Below are positions 22,301 to 34,300 of a DNA stretch of 64,000 nt, in pieces. The notes below the pieces were generated by a model, which saw only the letters and a list, made by a program, of their open reading frames with translations, was not told where the DNA came from and made no database searches. How positions within the stretch are numbered: the first letter of the stretch is position 1; every line of letters starts with the position of its first letter. The DNA comes from Chrysemys picta bellii (taxonomy: Eukaryota). The stretch covers positions 73,594,001 through 73,658,000 of the forward strand of contig NC_088798.1 of the NCBI RefSeq assembly GCF_011386835.1. The letters are read 5' to 3'. Position numbers and translations under genes: made by a program.

Positions 22301-25300
22301 TCCCTGTGGGCATTTCACCATTGCTCCTGCCCCCACAGCGATGCTCTGTCCTTGGCATTCCCACTCTTACTCAAGCTGCACAGGGGTCTCCTATCCCTCT
22401 CCCCTGCTCCCAGCAGACGCCCCCTTTGGGGTCCCAGGCCTCCTTCAGGGGCTGTGCCATTCCTGGTCTGCTTCTCCAGGGCCCGACTGACCCAGGGCTT
22501 GGGGTGCTGAAAGCGTCCCAGCCCAGCTGGTAAATGGCCTGTAGTTTTGCTTGGCTGGGCACATTTCAATGGGGTCTCTACCTCTCCCCACCAGCCCCAG
22601 CCCCAAAGCCCTCAGCAGGGGCCAGCACCAGCAGTGGGGGTGGGGAAAGGAGGCTGTGGGGCTGCCTGCACTAGGAAGGCTGGGGGTCGGGGGCCCCGAG
22701 GTCAGTGCTTGGAGCAGAGCACCCTGGCCTGTGTTCGAGATCTGCCGCAGCTCCCCTGGGGTTGCTGTGTTCTGGGTTGCTCCCCCTGGCTCTCTCTGCA
22801 GGACGAGGTGTTCTCGGAGCTGGTGAGACCCCTGCTGGCCATGGTGCCCCTTGGCTACAGCGTGTCCCTGCTGCTGTTGGAGGCCCATCAGGCCGGGACC
22901 AAGCTGCAGCCTCAGGGCACTGGGCAGCACCACAGCATCATCCAACAGGTGAGTGCAGTGGGCTGGGCAGCCCAGAGGTTATTGCTGGGTCCTGTCTCCT
23001 TCTCACCAGGCTGGTTTAACTCTTTGGATGCTCTGGGCTGGGATGACCCACTCCACCCACTGGCATGAACCTTCCAACCCTTGTAGGCTGCCTGGGGCTT
23101 GGCACTGAACTGGGCAAACAGGAATATACATATGTGTGGTGTCCCGGGTCAGAGGGCAGCCAGGGGCACCATTTAGGTAGTTTGGCAGGGCAGATCTGGG
23201 CATCAGAGCAAGGCAGGAAGAGACGTTCTCCCCCTCCCCCTCTGGCTGCCCCAGTGGTTCCCTGCTCCATGGAGGTGGTAGCAGTTCTGATGCAGAGAGA
23301 AAGCCAGTGAGAGGGGCAGAAAGTGTGGGGTATGGGGAGGAGGTTCTATCATGGGGAAGGCACCGTCCCTGCTCCCCGCTTCCCAGGCCTGGAACTGTGC
23401 TGGCTCTGCAGTGCTCTGGCCACTGCTGCCTGGAAGCCGCTCAGCACCATTGCCTTCCCATTTCCTATCGCGTGGCAGACAGATGGAAGCAGTGGCATAG
23501 CCAGCACCAGCTTCCCCCAGCAGAGCAGAGTGACTGGGTAGCTCAGCCAGCCTGTGGCTCCCACAGAGTCACAGCAGGGGAAGGTGGCAGGGGGTGCTGG
23601 AGCCAGACAGGCGCCTGCAGCTCATGCATCATCCAAGAGAGAGGGAGAGAAAATGGGTCAGCGACTGGGAGAGGCAGTGAATGCGTGTCAGTGGGACCCT
23701 GGGACATGCCTGGCCTCCCATTGCCAGACCAATGGGGGTTGTTGCTACATGAGGCACTTCTCAATCTACTAACACTCTGTCACCTCCTAGCACAATAGAC
23801 TCATAGACTTTAAGGTCAGAAGGGACCATTATGATCATCTGGTCTGACCCCCTGCATGCTGCAGGCCATAAAACCGTCCCTACCCCTTCCCTGGACTCTG
23901 CTGTTGAAGTCCCCAATCCTGTTTTTAGTGACTGCAATCGGCAGAGACCCTCCTGCTAGAGATCCCTGCCCCATGCTGCGGAGGAAGGCGAAAAACCTCC
24001 AGAGGCTCAGCCAATATGCCCTGGAGGAAAATTCCTTCCCGACCCCAAATGTGGCGATCAGTAAGACCCCGAGCATATAGGCAAGAGTCTCCAGCCCGAC
24101 CCCGTTAGCCATTATACTATTTACCCACCATTGCTTGGCTTTCCTTGACTACTATGTTTTACCATTAAACCATTCCCTCCATAAACTTATCTAACTTTAT
24201 CTTAAAACCAGACAGGTCCGTCGCCCCCACCGTTTCCCTCGGTAGGCCGTTCCAATATTTCACCCCTCTGACGGTCAGAAACCTTCGTCTAATTTCAAGT
24301 CTGAACTTCCCCACGGCCAGTTTGTATCCATTCGTTCTGGTATCCACGTTAGTACTAAGCTGGAATAATTCTTCTCCCTCCCTTGTATTAATCCCTCTAA
24401 TATATTTAAAGATAGCAATCATATCCCCTCTCAGCCTTCGCTTTGTCAGACTAAACAACCCAAGCTCCTCTAGTCTCCTTTCGTACGACAGCTTTTCCAT
24501 TCCTCTGATCATCCTAGTGGCCCTTCTCTGCACCCGTTCCAGTTTGAGTTCATCTTTTTTAAACATGGGAGACCAGAACTGCACACAGTACTCCAAATGA
24601 GGTCTCACCAGCGCCTTGTACAACGGAAGCAGGACCTCCTTATCCCTACTAGATATACCTCGCCTAATGCATCCCAAGACAGCATTGGCTTTTTTCACCG
24701 CCACGTCACATTGTCGACTCATAGTCATCCTTCGGTCTACAAGAACCCCTAGGTCCTTCTCCTCTTCCGTTACTTCTAACCAATGCGTCCCCATCTTGTA
24801 ACTAAAATTGTTATTAGTCATCCCCAAATGCATCACCTTACACTTTTCACTATTAAATTTCATCTTATTTCTGATACTCCAATTCACAAGCTCATTCAAG
24901 TCTCCCTGCAGGATATCCCTGTCCTCCTCTGAATTTACAACGCCTCCCACCTTCGTATCATCTGCAAATTTTATCAGCCCACTCCTGCAATCGGTTCCGA
25001 GGTCAGTTATAAATAGATTAAATAAAATGGGTCCCAAAACCGAACCTTGAGGCACTCCACTAGTAACCTCCCTCCAACCCGACAGTTCACCCTTTAATAC
25101 AACCCGCTGCATTCTCCCCAGTAACCAATTCCTTATCCACTTCTGGATTTTCATATCAATCCCCATGTTTTTCAGTTTAACCAATAATTCCTCATGGGGT
25201 ACAGTATCAAACGCTTTACTGAAATCCAGGTATATTAGGTCCACCGCATTTCCCTTATCTAATAAATCCGTTACATTCTCAAAGAAGGAGATCAGATTCG

Positions 25301-28300
25301 TTTGGCACGATCTGCCCTTCGTAAAACCATGTTGTAATTTATCGCAATTGCCACTACCCTCCAGGTCCTCAACTAGTTTCTCTTTCAGAATTTTCTCTAA
25401 CACCTTGCACACTACAGATGTTAGACTAACAGGCCTGTAGTTACCCGGATCACTTTTTTTCCCTTTCTTGAAAAGAGGAACCACATTAGCTATTCTCCAG
25501 TCTAACGGGACCACCCCCGAGTTTACAGATTCATTAAATATTATCGCTAACGGGCCTGCTATTTCCCGCGCCAATTCCTTCAATATTCTCGGATGTAGAT
25601 CGTCCGGTCCTCCCGACTTAGCCCCATTAAGGCGTTCAAGTTTTGTTTCCACCTCGGATACGGTAATCCCCCATCCCGAATGCCCCTCTATAGTGGTGCT
25701 AGTATCCCTAATACCTTCATTGGCCTCATTAAACACCGATGCAAAATATTCATTAAGATATTGCGCCATGCCTAGATTGTCTTTAATCTCCTCTCCGGCA
25801 ATAGACTTCAGCGGTCCCACTTCTTCTTTCTTTGCTTTCTTCCTATTTATGTGGCTGTAAAACCTCTTACTATTGCTTTTAATTCCCCTCGCTAGGTCCA
25901 ACTCTACACGGCCTTTGGCCTTTCTCACTCTATCTCTACATTCTCTGACTTCACTTAGGTACATTTCCTTGCTGATCCCTCCCCTCTTCCACTCTTTATA
26001 TGCTTTCTGTTTTTTCCTAATCGCCCCTTTGAGTCGGTCGCTCATCCAGCTCGGTCTAAATCTCTTGCTTAGTAATCTTTTTCCCTTTTTTGGAATACAG
26101 GCCTCCGACAGCTCATGCATCTTTAACTTAAAGTAATCCCAGGCTTCTTCTGCTTTTAAATCCATTAATACGTTTGCCCAGTCCACTTCCCTTACCAGTC
26201 CCCTTAGTTTGTTAAAATTGGCCTTTTTAAAATTATAAACCCTAGTCTTTGATTTAATTCTGTTACTCCTTCCATGTATTTTAAACCGAATTAGCTCATG
26301 ATCACTGGAGCCCAAATTGTCCCCTACTACCACTTCCTCAACAAGGTCCTCACTACTTGCCAGAATCAAATCTAAAATGGCCTCCCCCCTCGTCGGTTCA
26401 GTTACCACTTGATGGAGGAATTGATCAGCAAGCACTTCTAGGAACATCTGAGCCCTGTTATTGCTACTAGCGTTTGTTCCCCAATCTATATCCGGGAAGT
26501 TAAAGTCCCCCATAATTACACAGTTTCTGTTAGTAATTACTTCTCTAAACACATTAAATAGTTCCTTATCCATATCCTGGGTCGATCCCGGCGGTCTATA
26601 GCACACTCCAAGCACTATCCCCGGAGAGGCTCTAGTAGTCCTATTACCCAGTGTGAGTATTGCCCAGACAGACTCTGTGTTATCTAATCCATCCACTATT
26701 ATTTCTTTACAGTTTATTTCACTATTGACATACAAGGCCACCCCCCCACCTTTACCTTTGTTCCGGTCTTTCCTAAACAGCGCGTACCCCTCCATACCTG
26801 TGTTCCAGTCTTGACTGCCATTCCACCACGTTTCCGTTATTCCTACGATATCCGGTTTCAGTTCCTGGACCAAGAGCTCCAATTCCTCCATTTTATTACC
26901 TAGGCTTCTGGCATTGGTGTATAAACACCCTAATGTATGTCGTTTAGCCCGTCTCCCATTAGCAGCACTATATGTTGCGGGCCTCCTTGCGTCCGTCCCC
27001 CCTGTCCTTCCTATGTCCAATCTCATCTCCCCGGCTATGTCTCCTCTCCTTTTACTCACCTTTTCCATACTGGAATCTGGCGTGGAGATTGTGCATCTCC
27101 CAACCGTCTCCCCAAACTTCCTAGTTTAAAGCTCTTTTGATTAGATGAGCCAGCCTCCCTCCCAGAAGTCTATTTCCTTCCCTACTCAGGTGAAGCCCAT
27201 CCCGCGAGAACAGGTGTCTGTCCCCGAAAGCCTCCCAGTGGCCATACATCCCAAAGCCCTCCTTATAGCACCACTCCCTTAGCCAACTATTTATTCTCAC
27301 AATCCTATCAGCCCTTTGCTGCCCTTCCCTCGGAACGGGCAGAATCCCACTAAAGATAATCTGAGCCTCTATCTCCTTGAGCGTCTTCCCCAGCCTGGCA
27401 TAATCTCCCTTGATCCTCTCTAACGAGAACCTAGCCGTGTCATTCGTTCCCACATGAAGGATTATCAAGGGGTTCTTACCTGCTCCTTTTAGGATCCTTT
27501 TCAACCGCAGGTCCACATCGCGTATCTTTGCGCCCGGGAGACAGCACACCCTTCTGTTCTCCGGGTCCGCCCTGGTCACAGGCCTGTCCAATCTCCTCAG
27601 TAAAGAGTCACCAATCACATACACCTGCCGTTGCCTGGCAACAGTGCGATCTAGTAATCTAGTCTCCGATCCCTCTAGTCCTGACCTGTGCCTGTTCCTA
27701 TCATCCCTTATGCTCCCCCTTATGCCTTCCTGAATCCTCCCGGGGCCCAGAATTGGTGCTGTCTCCATCAACTCCTCCCCTCTCTCTCTTGGACTAGCTG
27801 CTCTTCTCTTCTTCCTCACCCTCCCACCTTCAGTCGCCACCTGCTGCCCCTCCACCTCGCTATCCAAACACTCGAACCTATTCCTGAGTTCTATTCCCCC
27901 CTCACTGGCCCTTCTTTTCCTTGGCCTACTTCTCACAGTCACATGCTTCCACCTCCCATGTTCTCCCCCCTCCATTCCCCTCTCACTGTCCTCTACCTCT
28001 GCCTCTACCTCCGCCACAGGACATTCTCCTTCAGCCCCCCCTTGCCTTTCCTCCATCAGCTGCTCAAACCCCCGCCTAAACTCCACCAGGGTATCTACCT
28101 GCATCTGCAGCCCCTTAATCTTTTCCTCCAGTAACACTATCAGGCGACACTTCATACACACATACCTTAGTTCCAGGTCTCCTGCTAGGACCATATACAT
28201 ACCACAGCTCCCACATGTCGCCATCTGCATTCTGTCTGCTGCTGCTGCTTGGCTCATGGCTGCTGCGGTCCCTGCCCAAAACACCTGGGGGAATGGAGTA

Positions 28301-31300
28301 CAGAACACGCCGCGCCCTCCTGCCTCCCCGCTTACCTCCCCCTGCAAACTCCCTCTCAAACTCCCCTGTTAGCCGCCCTGTTTGCTGCCGCTGGGCGGCC
28401 GCTTTTATGGGCCCCTTGATCAGCCAAGCCCCGCCCCCTACTCAGGGCTCGGCGTCCTTCCCAGCACCCAGCCCCTGCCGGCCCCTACAAACAAACACAC
28501 AAGAACACACAAGAACAACAAGGACAGATGCAAATACAGGTACCTTCTCCTCCAATGAGAACTCCCTCTCAAACTCCCCTGTTAGCCGCCCTGTTTGTTT
28601 GCTGCCGCTGCTCGCAGCTGTACCGCTGCCTGGCTGGGCGGCCGCTTTTATGGGCCCCTTGATCAGCCAAGCCCCGCCCCCTACTCAGGGCTCGGCGTCC
28701 TTCCCAGCACCTAGCCCCTGCCGGCCCCTTCTCCTCCAATGAGAACTCCCTCTCAAACTCCCCTGTTAGCCGCCCTGTTTGTTTGCTGCCGCTGCTCGCA
28801 GCTGTCAATGTCTGGCCTCCCGCCTAGCTCAGCATGTCTCGGTCCCACATAGCATCGGCTCCACATGAGGATAAGAACCTATTAAAGCTGTTAACTGGAG
28901 GAGCTGCTCCTTTAGCTCGAACTGTAGTGGCTCATGCTTCTAGCTCTGACGGGTCAAACCCTGCTAACAACCCAAGCGAGGGGATTGGTGTGGGTAATTT
29001 GGGTGTAATCAAACGGCAGCGAATAACCACAACGAAGGATCCCGAAATAGACTGACATTTACATTTTACCATTCACAAAAATCCAAGGGCTTCCAGGTCC
29101 TAAGGGACTCCTAGCCACCACTAAATTTCCCCCGCACTCCCACTGAAATCTGAGCAGCCATTGGACACAGTGTCCCGGGGGTCAATTGGCAGCCAGGGAT
29201 CCATTGGCTATGGCATCTCAGGGGTGGGGGAGACAGCCCGGGGAGGCTGCTGCTCACGTGGCAGGGGGTGGCCCTGAGCTCTCAGCTCACCCATAAGCCC
29301 AATCCCGCCCTTCCATGAACAGATGCGACAGACCCTGAAATTGAGGGGAGCTCCCCCAGCTATCTGAAAGCAGGACAGATCCCAGCTTCAGAAGAAGCCC
29401 CCAGGCCACAAATTCTAGGGAGCTGGTGAGCAAAGCACAGGCCTCTGAGCAGTTCCACCCCCTCTCCAGGTGATAGAAACCTTCTTCCAGGAGCCCAAGC
29501 TCCCAGGGGATGGCAGGGACCATCTGCAAACTGTCAGCTTTGTCCAGGTAAGATGGAGTGTGGGAGATCCATCGCTGGTGGGCTGGCGTGTGCCCCAGGC
29601 TGGTGTGTGCCTCAGGCTGGCTGCCCATCCTCCAGCCTGGGCCATTGGGGAATGATTTTATAACTCTCATTAGAGCAGTATCTCCCATTGCCCGTGGTGG
29701 GGCCCTGGGGCTGCAATCTGTGCTGCCCGCTGGCTGGACTCTCACACCCCCTGGGCACTCTTTGCCATCACCTTCCCAGCTGGGGCACCTGTGAGTCCTG
29801 CCAGTCTGCAGGGCAGCCCCCCTCCCCCAATGCCTGAGTCTGAGCCCCAAATTGGGGGATGGGCGGAGCGGGGCAAATGTACTACAGGATCATGGGATTG
29901 CTGAGTGTGGGGAAGCTGGGATGTCCCTGGGGGCTCCTGCTCTGAGCAGCAGCTGGGGTGGCTTTTCCTTCCCTCTTTTTTCCCTCTGTTACCCATATGG
30001 CTCTGCCTTCCACTGCCCACCCTCACTGCCTGTGGGTAGCTTCCCCAAGGGGGTGGATTGCCCCCTGCTCTGCCCCACCCCTGCTGCTGTCAGTGAGACC
30101 TGTGCAGAGTGGGTGGGTGGGTGTGAGAGGCTGGAGCAGAATGGAAACAGTGTACACCTCATTTAAACTCACTTGGCATGGGTGTCAATGACCCCAACAA
30201 GGCCAGGATCAGGCCCTGTGTCTCTGAACAGCCTAACAAGTAACAAAACACACTGCGTGCAGAGTCTGCTCCTGTCAGTGGGCCCCACTGGTATAAAGAG
30301 GCTGGAAATTGGCTAGGAAAACCCCCAACATGAGGGGATGCTGTGGTGCCATAGAGCTGGCAGATGGGCATCGAGGGGGTGGGGCCGGATTCCCTTTTGC
30401 TCCACCCATTCTTGGGTGCTGGGAAGTCCCATGGGCCTGAGCCAGAGTCAGCTGGGGCAGAGCCTGCTCCCAGCAGCTCCAGAGCAAACCTCCACTGCCC
30501 AGGCTGCACCAAGCTCACCCTGGCCTCAGCCCACAGGTGGAGCCTGCGGGTTTTGCTGCTGCCCTCAGTAGGTTCTGAACCCCAATCTGTGGGTGCGGGT
30601 GCCAGCCTGGTGCATAGGAACCATCCCCTGCCTGGCCCTCCTGGGTCTGAATGCCCCCTGCCGATGCTGCCTCAAGACAGGTTTGTGCCTTGAATTTAAA
30701 CATCAGAAAGAGGAAACAAAGGAAAAGAAGCAAAGGAATGGAGGGGTGCAACCTGCTGTGCCCTGGAGCCAGCACCTGAGGCTGGGCCATGCCTCCAGAT
30801 GGGGCTGTGGAGTGGTTAGCTCTTTGGGTTTGCAATAATACTGTTATCCCTGCTAAACCCTGGACAACCAGCTGCCTAACAACCTTCCCTTCAGAACAGT
30901 TGGCATGGATCCCTGGTACATCAATACCAAAGAACCATGACAAATGTTTCCATTCAGAGAGGCCCCCGGGAATGTTCCTTTATGAAAAGGAGAGTGGGCA
31001 GGCTGCTTCTGTATTAACTTCCTCCCCCATCTCCTGGAGGAAGGAACTATGACATTGATCCTGCCATCGGATCCGTGCAGGTGAACCCTGGCCCTGCCTC
31101 TGTGCAGAGTCCTAGTCCTGCAATCGGATCTGCGTGGGCAGCACAGTCCAAGGCCGGGAGCTCAGACAGACAGCTGATTAACTGCCCATCATTCCCTGCC
31201 ATAATGTAAGGGAGGGGGCTTCTGGTGTTTTCCCATGGGAAGCAATCTCATTTCCCACTCTCACAGCCAGCAGAAGGGGAGAAATCCGGGACAGGCAGGA

Positions 31301-34300
31301 TGGAACCATATTTTATCAACCAAGGCTCACAGCGAAAACATAGCAGGGTCTCCTTGATGTTAGAGCGGGGGCAGCTTTACCAAGGTTGTTCTAATGAAAG
31401 AGAAGTGTAGCCAGGACTTCTGATAACAATACAGACCCCCACCACCCTCCAAGGGCCTGATCCAAAGTTCTGTGAATTACTAAATTCAATGGGGATGTGG
31501 GTCAGGCCCCAGATGGGTCCAGCTCTTCCGCTATCCCCCTGGCCACCCCACATTATTGGGATGCCACAGGTTTTCAGTGCATCTGCTGGAGTCACATGCA
31601 GTCCCCAGCCACAGTCCCACCCAGTTATACACATACACCCCAGCAGTGCTGCCCCCGGGCCCTCAGTGGCATTGTGATACTGGGCAGGAGCCAAGCTTTC
31701 CATTGCTGACCAAACTCTAGTTCCCGTCAATTTCCTTTCACATCACTGCATGTGCCCCATGGAGAGCCAGCCCGCCGGGAATGGGGAGGCTCCCAGTTCA
31801 GCTGCTTTATAGCTCACCACGTATAGTCTGTCATAGGGTTACCATACGTCCGGATTTTCTCAGACATGTCCGGCTTTTTGGGCCTCAAATCCCCATCCGG
31901 GAGGAAATCCCAAAAAGCGGACATGTCCAGGAAAATAGGGAGGGAGGGACCAGCAGTGCTCGGCCGGGGGCCGGAGCCGCTGGGGCCGGCAGTGCTCGGC
32001 CGGAGCCGCCAGGGCCGGCGGTGTGGGGCTGGGGCTGGGGTTGCGGGGCCAGAGCTGGCGGTGTGGGACCGGGGCCCGGGCCCGGCAGTGCTCGGCCGGG
32101 GGCGGCGGTGCGCTCGGCCGGAGCCGGCGGTGTGGGGCCCGGGGCCGGCTGTGTTCGGCTGGGGGCCGGGCTGGGGCCGGCCAGGGGTGCTCAGCCCAGG
32201 GTGCTGGGCTGGGGCCAGGCCAGGGCTGCTCGGCCAGGGGCTGCTCGGCCAGGGGCGGCGGTGCGGGGCCGGGGGCCAGAGCCGGAGCCGGCGGTGTGGG
32301 GCCCGGAGCCAGCGGTGTTCGGCCCGGGGCCGGCGGTGTTCGGCCGGGGGTCGGGCTAGGGCCAGCGGTGCGGAGCTGGGGGCTGGGGTGCTCGGCCGGG
32401 GCCGGAGCCAGCGGTGCGGGGCCCGGGGCGGGCTGTGTTCGGCTGGGGGCCGGGCTGGGGCCGGCCAGGGGTGCTCAGCCAGGGGTGCTGGGCCGGGGCC
32501 GGGCCGGGGGTGCTCGGCCGGGGGCCGGCGGTGCGGGGCCGGGTGGTGCTTGGCCGGGGCTGGGGTCGGGGTCGGGGGCCGGCGGTGCAGGGCCTGAGCC
32601 AAGCCGGGCAGGAGACGCCGGGGCCAGAGCCGCGCCTCCTTGCGCCCCCCCGCCCCAGCTTGCCTGCTGCTTCAGGCTTCCCGCGAATCAAATGTTTGCG
32701 GGAAGCAGGGGAGGGGAAGGGGCAGGGAGCGAAGCGTCCAGGGGAGGGGGCGGAGTTGGGGTGGGGCCGGGGGCGGGGCTGGGACCCGTGGAGTGTCCTC
32801 TTTTTGGACACTTAAAATATGGTAACCCTAGTCAGTCAAGGGTGAGATCCCTGGTCATAGAGCCGGTCCAAGGCCTCTGCACCAGCTCACTGAGCCATGT
32901 GGCTGGCTCCCTGCATCAGGGGAACGTCACCGATCAGGACTCCGGGTTTCCTATATGGAGCTAGACCATCGCAGGCATTCCTCATTGTTAATACAGCCCC
33001 ATGGCTCAGGAGCCCTGTGTGAAACCACCCAGCCAACGGTGTGTTCTCCCAGCCCCCCCTTGGGCTCCTGCCCCCTCTCATTGGGCACTCCCTACCCAGA
33101 CAGCCCAGTGCCAGCGCTGCTCCATGCCCAGGGTGGCCCCTGCTCAGTACTAATGCTGCTTGTTACAGCTTTGTGCAGATGGAAATGCCCGGGACCTGCT
33201 CAGCCCCAGAAATCAAGCCCTGCACGTGCTGGATGTCTCCCCGCTGGGTCTGTACGTACCTGAGCCCTCATTCCTGCTCCTCCCAGGGCATTAGCAAGAG
33301 GCTTCCAGTCCCCAGCACCAAGCTGGGCAATAGAGGGGCTAAGGCCACAGTGTGGGGATGGTTTCAGTGACATCTCTGAAAGCTACACGCTGCCCTTGGC
33401 CAGAGCACGTGGAGCTTGGGCTTGGGGTGCCATGGCAGAACTGTGGGTGTGTGGTCAGGACTAGAATAGGGAATAGTGCTCAGGACTGAGCATTGGAGGT
33501 GGGAGGGCAGGACCAGGAGAGCAGGCTATGGAGCAGGCCAGGACTGGGCACCTTTGGCAGAGCAGTTAAGAGCCCAAGACTGGACAGGGATGGGGGGACT
33601 GTGGCTCAGAATTGGGATGCACTGCAGAGCTGGGGGTGGGAGCGCAGGACAGCAGGGGGTGCACTGCAAAGCTGGGGATGGGAGTGCAGGAAAGTAGGGG
33701 TGCACTGCAGAGCTGGAAGGAACCCCACCCAGCACGCAGCCACTGTCCCTTCCTCACCCAGGGACTTTGAATCCTTCTGTTTCTAAAGCACTTTATTTAC
33801 TCAGGGACAAGCCTGCAGCTGGATAGAAGCCAGTGGAGAGGGGATGGGCTGGGGGCTGGCTGGAAGAGGCCCATTCCCAGCTGCTGGCAGCAGGGGGGAC
33901 ATGCCACGACCGTGCAGCCAGGGGCAGCTGCTTGGTAGGGCCAGCATTGTGCTGCTCTGCACTCACTCCCATTGATGGTGCCACCTGGCAAAGCCCGGCT
34001 CTGGGCAGGCAGAAAGCAGCTTGGCTGGTGGCCTCTGGAGAGGGGTATGGGGAGGCCTCCCGCTCCAGTACTACTGAGGCACTAAGGCTGCAGTGGGAGG
34101 AGGCTGGGCTCCATCCCCCAGTTGCCTGGGGCTGAGGGACAAGGTGCCCCAAAGGCCACTGAGCAGCTGCTCTGCTCTGGGAATGGCGCCCAAGCCTGGG
34201 GGCATGTGAGGGGGTGCCCCCTCCTTAGCCAGGGCAAAGGATGGGAGGAAAGGCCTGGGTGATGAGCTGCAAGAGGGAAGAGCATCTCTGATGTTGGAGA

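Larger units (their letters stand above)
23795..28822 (-). mobile_element. Full-length CR1 LINE with intact ORF1 and ORF2, antisense in intron 5 of the kinesin-like gene
   Basis: Two uninterrupted ORFs. The 3' end has the octamer tail AGTCTATG-AGTCTAT. The 5' UTR has tandem monomers. A possible TSD is CCTAGCACA (23786-23794) / CCTAGCTCA (28823-28831), so the 5' boundary is tentative. Confidence 0.92.

Noticed and set aside
24322-26136. Series of 60-130-aa plus-strand ORFs
   Set aside because: They are antisense shadows of CR1 ORF2.
28890-28990. tRNA-like stretch (TAGCTCGAACTGTAGTGGCTCATGC...) next to the CR1 5' end
   Set aside because: It has no complete cloverleaf or B box, so it is at most a SINE relic. 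It does leave the CR1 5' boundary uncertain.
31781-32964. 192-313-aa Gly/Ala/Arg-rich ORFs and a repeat array superficially like a spacer array
   Set aside because: This is a degenerate GC minisatellite inside a hAT MITE. It has no constant repeat with unique spacers and no cas genes, and the DNA is eukaryotic, so it is not CRISPR.
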